Source of the DNA: Calcarisporiella thermophila CBS 279.70
Taxonomy: Eukaryota > Fungi > Calcarisporiellomycota
DNA: 64,000 bases
Reading direction: 5' to 3'
NCBI RefSeq assembly: GCF_041956535.1
Contig: NW_027192202.1
Coordinates: forward strand, 391,895-455,894
Made by a program: the position numbers and the translations under genes. The notes under the pieces are model-generated. The model had not been told where the DNA came from, did no database searches, and saw only the letters and a list, made by a program, of their open reading frames with translations. Within the stretch, counting starts at the first letter, position 1. The number at the start of each line of letters is the position of its first letter. Positions 55,641 through 64,000 of the stretch are shown here, piece by piece.

Positions 55641-55999
55641 ATGGCTCGCATGCGCTCTAACCCAATACAAAACACAGGCCCCCAAGGCAATGTGCTTGAT
55701 CTCTATCCTTCGCTCTCCCGCCACTGGCACAATGGGCGGCGTCAAGGACAGCCGAATGCGCCTTACCTCAATGGGCATGTGAATGGCGTGGAGATACGGG
55801 AAGTGGAACGCGATGTGTCATTATACTGGGATCTCTACCCCAATTTGAGTCGTGAGGTGACTTTGCTATATTACAAATAACAAAATGTATAGAATACGCA
55901 CTCATGTCTACTCTCCTTCAGATTGAGAATAGAGGATCAGAAGAGCAACGACGTGTATTGCATTCGCTTCGGGAGCAGCCCGCCATTCCCACTGTCTGA
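55641..55999 (+). CDS. Small uncharacterised protein, about 97 aa, 2 exons, with duplicated DLYP[SN]LSR motif
   Basis: ORF from 55641 with donor GAG|GTGACT and acceptor ccttcag at 55921, continuing IENRGSEEQRRVLHSLREQPAIPTV*. The internal peptide repeat supports coding. Confidence 0.55.
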
Positions 56000-56523
56000 T
56001 CCTGTCATATTTATACAAGCGCCCATCGTATATGCTTGAGCAAGTGAACTTTGAATTTTCCTTTTCTTTTAAAATCTGGACTATTTTATCAGCACATCCT
56101 CATGTGCAGTGGCTCGATTTTGTTTGATAAAATCTCGGTTTATGATATCTTAAAGCTCCTCTCTATATCCACCGGCTTTTGCAATAAAATGCTAAAAAGC
56201 AGTCATGGTGATGAGAAAGGATCAAGGTGATCTCTCTCTTGCTTGCCGAATCGTGTCGACCTTCAGAATAGAGTAGGTGAGGATTGGGCCCATGATAGCT
56301 TGGAAGAAACTCCAAGGAATCCCTAGGAGAGTATGGGTCGACAACCTAGGACTAAACCCTACCTGAACAGGCGAAAAAGCAGGTGGGCGCAGCTACTACC
56401 CATCCCAGGAAGAAGGAAGACATGTTTTATACTCGATACTAAAGAGTCGCAGAAAAGGAATGGAGAGCTTTTATCAAATGATAAAGAGGCGATCTAACGT
56501 TTTCCGATAAACTTTACATATCC

Positions 56524-56558
56524 TATATATATCCATGTATATATATATATATATATAT
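56524..56558. repeat. (TA)n microsatellite upstream of pyruvate kinase
   Basis: tatatatat...tatatatatatatatatatat seen directly. Confidence 0.9.
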
Positions 56559-56794
56559 GTCTAGCAGAGGGCGGACAAAGAATGATGACACGATAATGTC
56601 AAGAATCGCATTAAGAATACTCCGATAGTTCCAAATCCATTTAAAAAATTGCCCCATCATTTTTGGCAGGTGCTTATAGTTTTCGTTATCTTGTACTGAT
56701 CTCTTCCCAAAAAAAACACTTCGAAAATTTTGTTATCTTAACTCTCTTTGTTTTTTTTTCTCACCTATACATTTAATTAAGCATTATCAAAACA

Positions 56795-58711
56795 ATGTCT
56801 TTTTTCCCCGACGACACCATCAAGAGCAGCTTGGAGTGGGTGAGCGGTCTCGACCCGCTTAATGTTCAGGCAACTAACCTGCGCAAGACGTCCATTATTT
56901 GTACTATTGGTGGGTTGGATTATTTTGGAAGATAACGAGTTCGGTATTTTTATTTTACGTGTCTATGCCTTCTAGGGCCCAAGACTAACAGCGTGGAAAT
57001 GATGACAAAGCTGCGTGAGGCGGGAATGAATATCGTGCGCATGAACTTTTCTCATGGAAGCTACGAGTACCATGGGTCGGTCATTAGCAATATTCGTAAG
57101 AGCTGTGAAGGTAAAGAAATTTTTTCCGGCCGGGCTTACAAAGGTTGCTAATTTTATTGTGTTTGCAGAACACCCTGGGCGCCCCGTGGCCATTGCTCTT
57201 GATACCAAAGGCCCCGAAATCAGAACGGGCATTGTCCCTAACGATGGAGAGGTAAGCATCCTGGATTGGTTTATGGAAATGACCCATCTAATGTATGCTC
57301 ATGTCTATTTTCAGATCGAAATCAAAACTGGCATGGAGCTAACATTTACGGTCGACGATAAGTATCGTGAGCAGTGTAGCGCCTCCACGGTCTATATTGA
57401 TTACAAAAATCTCCCCAAGGTCATTCAAAAAGGAAAAAAGATATACGTCGATGATGGCGTCCTAACATTCGAGGCTATTGACGTTGCGAGTGACAGCGTT
57501 AGGGTGATTGCCCGCAACAACGGCAAGCTTAGTAGCCGCAAGGGCGTCAATCTTCCCGGCACCAATGTGGATTTGGCTGCACTTTCGGAGAAAGATAAGG
57601 CTGATCTACGGTTTGGTGTGGAGCAAGGCGTGGACATGATTTTTGCCTCATTCATTCGCTGTGCTCAGGATATCCGAGATATTCGCACGGTGCTTGGCGA
57701 AGAGGGCAAGCACATCATGGTGATTGCGAAGATCGAGAACCACCAGGGTGTTGATAACTTTGACGAGATCTTGGAGGAGACGGATGGCGTTATGGTTGCG
57801 CGTGGAGATTTGGGCATTGAAATCCCAAGGTGACTTGAAACACTAGAGCTTCTTTTTTTTTCTCTCTCTTTCTCTCTCTTGAAGTTTTCTAACCAAGCTG
57901 TTTTCTTTTACCCTACTAGCTCTCGAGTGTTCATTGCTCAAAAAATGATGATTGCCAAGTGCAACCTGGCTGGTAAACCCGTCATTTGCGCTACCCAAAT
58001 GTTGGAGAGTATGACATACAACCCACGCCCCACTCGTGCCGAGGTATCCGACGTTGGCAATGCGGTGCTTGACGGCGCAGACTGTGTTATGCTTTCAGGT
58101 GAGACGGCAAAGGGATCCTATCCGTTGGAAGCCGGTAATTATAGTTTCTCATCTACCGAGTCGCTTTTCTTTTTGGTTTTCATTCGATGTGTACTGACCT
58201 ATTGATGCATCCAGTTCGAATGATGCACGAAACTTGCGTCCTCGCCGAATCCGTTATCTGCTATCCCCCTCTTTTCAACGAGCTCCGAGCTCTCCAGCCA
58301 CGCCCCACCGAAACCACAGAAACGGTTGCTTCAAGTGCAGTCTCTGCAGCCCACGAGCAACGCGCCGGTGCTATTCTCGTCCTCACCACCAGCGGCAAAT
58401 CTGCTCGCCTTCTCGCCAAATATCGTCCCTGTGTGCCTATCATCCCCATCACACGCAATCCAGTGTGTTCGCGACAGGTGCACTTATATAGAGGCTGCTA
58501 TCCATTCCTATATACCCTCCCGAAGCCGACTGCCGACAGCAAAACGACATGGCAAGAAGACGTCGATGCTCGCTTGCGGTGGGGCATGAAGCGGGGTGTG
58601 GAGAACGGCCTGCTTAAGCCCGGAGACACCGTGATTGCAATCCAGGGGTGGCGCGGGGGTACAGGCACCACCAACACGATGCGAGTGTTGCAGGTGCCCG
58701 AGTCATTGTAA
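56795..58711 (+). CDS. PYK1: Pyruvate kinase, multi-exon
   Basis: [83 protein letters not shown]. Confidence 0.98.
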
Positions 58712-59039
58712 AAAAAAAAAAAACTTATATCGCGCTTGGGGATGCGTTCCCCTACTAGCTTCCAACCTGTTTCTAGACCACAATTACATGCAATAGTTAT
58801 AAAATATTTGTTCAATAAAGTTGAAGTTGATTTATTTTTCCAAAGGGTTTTTTTTTGTTTTTAACTATGAATTCCTCTCCTCTGTACCTGCTACACCACC
58901 TGTGTGTTTAAGTTGGGAAATCATCACTTTTGTGCGCATGAGCTTGATGTTTTGAAGCAACAGATAATTTCATTTTATGTCAATGGGGAGTAGGAGAAAA
59001 AAAAATTACAAAATTCATCTTTATATAGGTGTGCTAGCT

Positions 59040-60113
59040 TTATTTCTTCTCGGCAGTGGTCTCTCCTTTAGGAGCGGTGATAAATTCTGGCCTGTCGTCC
59101 CTGCCCTCACCTAAAAGCCAGCCCAAGAATAAAGGTTAGAAAGAGGTTGGATTGAGGACGGCTCGAATAAAAGCCAGCAAAAAGTCAAGGCTTACCGGTC
59201 TGTTCCCAAGGAGAGGCTGCCCCCTCGAAGTTTCTAAATGCCTGTGCTAACTCGAGCGGCTCCGACACAACCCGCTTCTTCTCCTCGTCATATCGCACCT
59301 CAACATAGCCCGTCAAGGGGAAGTCTTTCCTCATGGGGTGGCCCTCAAATCCATAATCCGTCAAAATTCTTCGGAGATCAGGATGACCGGTGAAATAGAT
59401 GCCATACATGTCCCAAGCCTCTCGTTCAAACCAGTTCGCCCCGCCATGGACCGAGGTCACGGATGGGACAGGGGAGACCTCGTCGGCGTAGGTCTTAACA
59501 CGAATGCGGGCATTCCACCGAATACTCAGGAGGTTATATACGACTTCAAATCGATTTGCACGGTGGGGATAGTCTACGCCGCACAGTTCTACAAGCTGCT
59601 TGAACTGCGCACCTGTGTGATCACGCAAGAATGTCATCACGGGGATCACTGCCGAGGGGGCCACAAATAGCGTGAGCTCATCTTTCCACACGGAAAACTG
59701 CTGGATGAATTTCGGGAGGCAAGTTGTGATGTATTGTCCATATTCATGCAACTTGTCATTACCCGATTTGAAGGAGGGATCGGCCATCTTGCGTTGAGTT
59801 TGCTCATCTAAACAGAAGCCGAGGAGATGGGTGAGAAAAAAGTGTCTTTCTTCACCGCTGCCAAGCTACTCTTACCTTTCTCGACCGCTGGATGAGTGTA
59901 GTATGCCTTCTGTACGCTTCTCAGTGGGGCGAGAGGGGCTGCAGCGCGAACTAATCAAAATAAATAATAACAATGAGTCCATGCATTCTAGGTCCTAAAA
60001 AACGGCCACGATTCCCGCCGATTTTGCAGCACTGAAAGCAAAGGTAAGCACATACCCGCAGAGGGTAGAATGTTGCGAGCGGCAACAGCCGAACGAAGCA
60101 ACAGATGTGACAT
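59040..60113 (-). CDS. NDUFS3: NADH:ubiquinone oxidoreductase 30 kDa subunit (NDUFS3/NUGM), multi-exon
   Basis: Presequence [14 protein letters not shown]; [50 protein letters not shown]. Confidence 0.96.
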
Positions 60114-60200
60114 TATGTATAAGATTCCAGATCAAACAAAAATATAGGTCGAGGCCAGGGGGTTTTCTCCTCTTGACGATCTAAGCCGCAATAAACTATC

Positions 60201-60242
60201 GTGACTGTATCATGACTATCCATTATTCTAGAATCGTAAACA
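60201..60242. promoter_or_regulatory. NDUFS3/RIX7 bidirectional promoter: GTGACTG plus GTAAACA
   Basis: GTGACTG 60201-60207 and GTAAACA 60236-60242 lie in a roughly 190-bp divergent spacer. Confidence 0.45.
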
Positions 60243-60302
60243 ACGAAATATTGCCACACCGCAAGGCGAGTTTCGACTTCTCGAGAGCTCACACGGCACA
60301 TC

Positions 60303-63447
<3,145 letters not shown>

Positions 63448-63657
63448 TACCGGCTCTATATTTGCGAATAAATCTTGTATTATTTTTCAAGTTTAAGTCT
63501 GTCTGCCACTCGATCATATGGTGGTCAACATCACGATTTGCTTTAGATTAGTGATCTAAAGGGTAGAATTGGATTAAATTCTATATTCTATGTATACATT
63601 ACACAAAAAACACATCTAGCCCTCTCGAGAATTAACAACATATTTTTCAAAGATTAA

Positions 63658-63906
63658 TTAGGACGTCTTTTTATAGATGTCTTTATACAATGTGCTGATG
63701 CGTGACGACACCCGGCGGATAATGAGGAGAATGGAATCCATTGCGACTGAGGCAAACATCTCTACTGCAAGCAGGCCAAGGCGAAAAACTACAACGCAAG
63801 TTGCAAGAATGGTTGTGCAATATGCAAGTAGGAAAAGGCCCGAGAGGAAAAAGGCAAAGAGCGGGGAGAAGCAGGCGTAGACCTGCCAACTTCGAATTGA
63901 CAGCAT
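63658..63906 (-). CDS. Small hydrophobic membrane protein, about 82 aa from the ATG at 63906 (may extend upstream beyond the window)
   Basis: Long hydrophobic stretch FSPLFAFFLSGLFLLAYCTTILATCVVVFRLGLLAVE followed by a basic tail. Confidence 0.5.
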   Translation of the reverse strand: MLSIRSWQVYACFSPLFAFFLSGLFLLAYCTTILATCVVVFRLGLLAVEMFASVAMDSILLIIRRVSSRISTLYKDIYKKTS

Positions 63907-64000
63907 TGTCAGCTGCGATAAAGAGGAGTTTCCAAGAGATTGGTTGAATGAGGGGTAACTGAAAATCACGGGGAAATAAGCCTCACGGCATTTATAAAAT

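Noticed and set aside
56355-56390. TPP riboswitch or SRP helix-8 resemblance (ACCTGAACAGGCGAAAAAGCAGG)
   Set aside because: The TPP P5 complement and CUGAGA motif are missing, and the SRP CAGG/AGCA loop lacks a pairing apical stem.

Overview
Gene-dense eukaryotic (fungal) DNA with many short spliceosomal introns, mostly about 50-80 nt. Gene content (complex I subunit, MscS channel, RPP40, bifunctional ADE5,7, intein-free VMA1) and intron density suggest an early-diverging, Mucoromycota-like fungus (inference). About 28 protein-coding genes can be supported. Most are housekeeping: IPP1, MscS-like channel, CCM1-like PPR protein, ADC-lyase-like enzyme, YTP1, APD1-like ferredoxin, NOC3, PET8/SAM5, GET4, BET4, DIP2/UTP12, AAC, RPP40, ADE5,7, RET1/RPC2, VMA1, NSL1, VPS52, RPS23, pyruvate kinase, NDUFS3 and RIX7. 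There is also a standalone CNH-domain protein, a small RRM gene absent from the ORF track, and a block of uncharacterised, mostly membrane-directed genes at 48.8-56 kb. No tRNA, rRNA, CRISPR array or recognisable transposon was seen. Most notable observations: (1) a hidden, phase-compatible alternative 3' splice site in IPP1 that would give the pyrophosphatase a peroxisomal SKL tail; (2) a recurrent Homol-D (CAGTCACA) plus forkhead (GTAAACA) promoter module; (3) three GC-AG introns with the same AAG|GCAAGTT donor; (4) a speculative structured RNA-like element with a CTAAACCCTA telomerase-template-like motif. Gene spans were assembled by hand across introns, so some boundaries are approximate.
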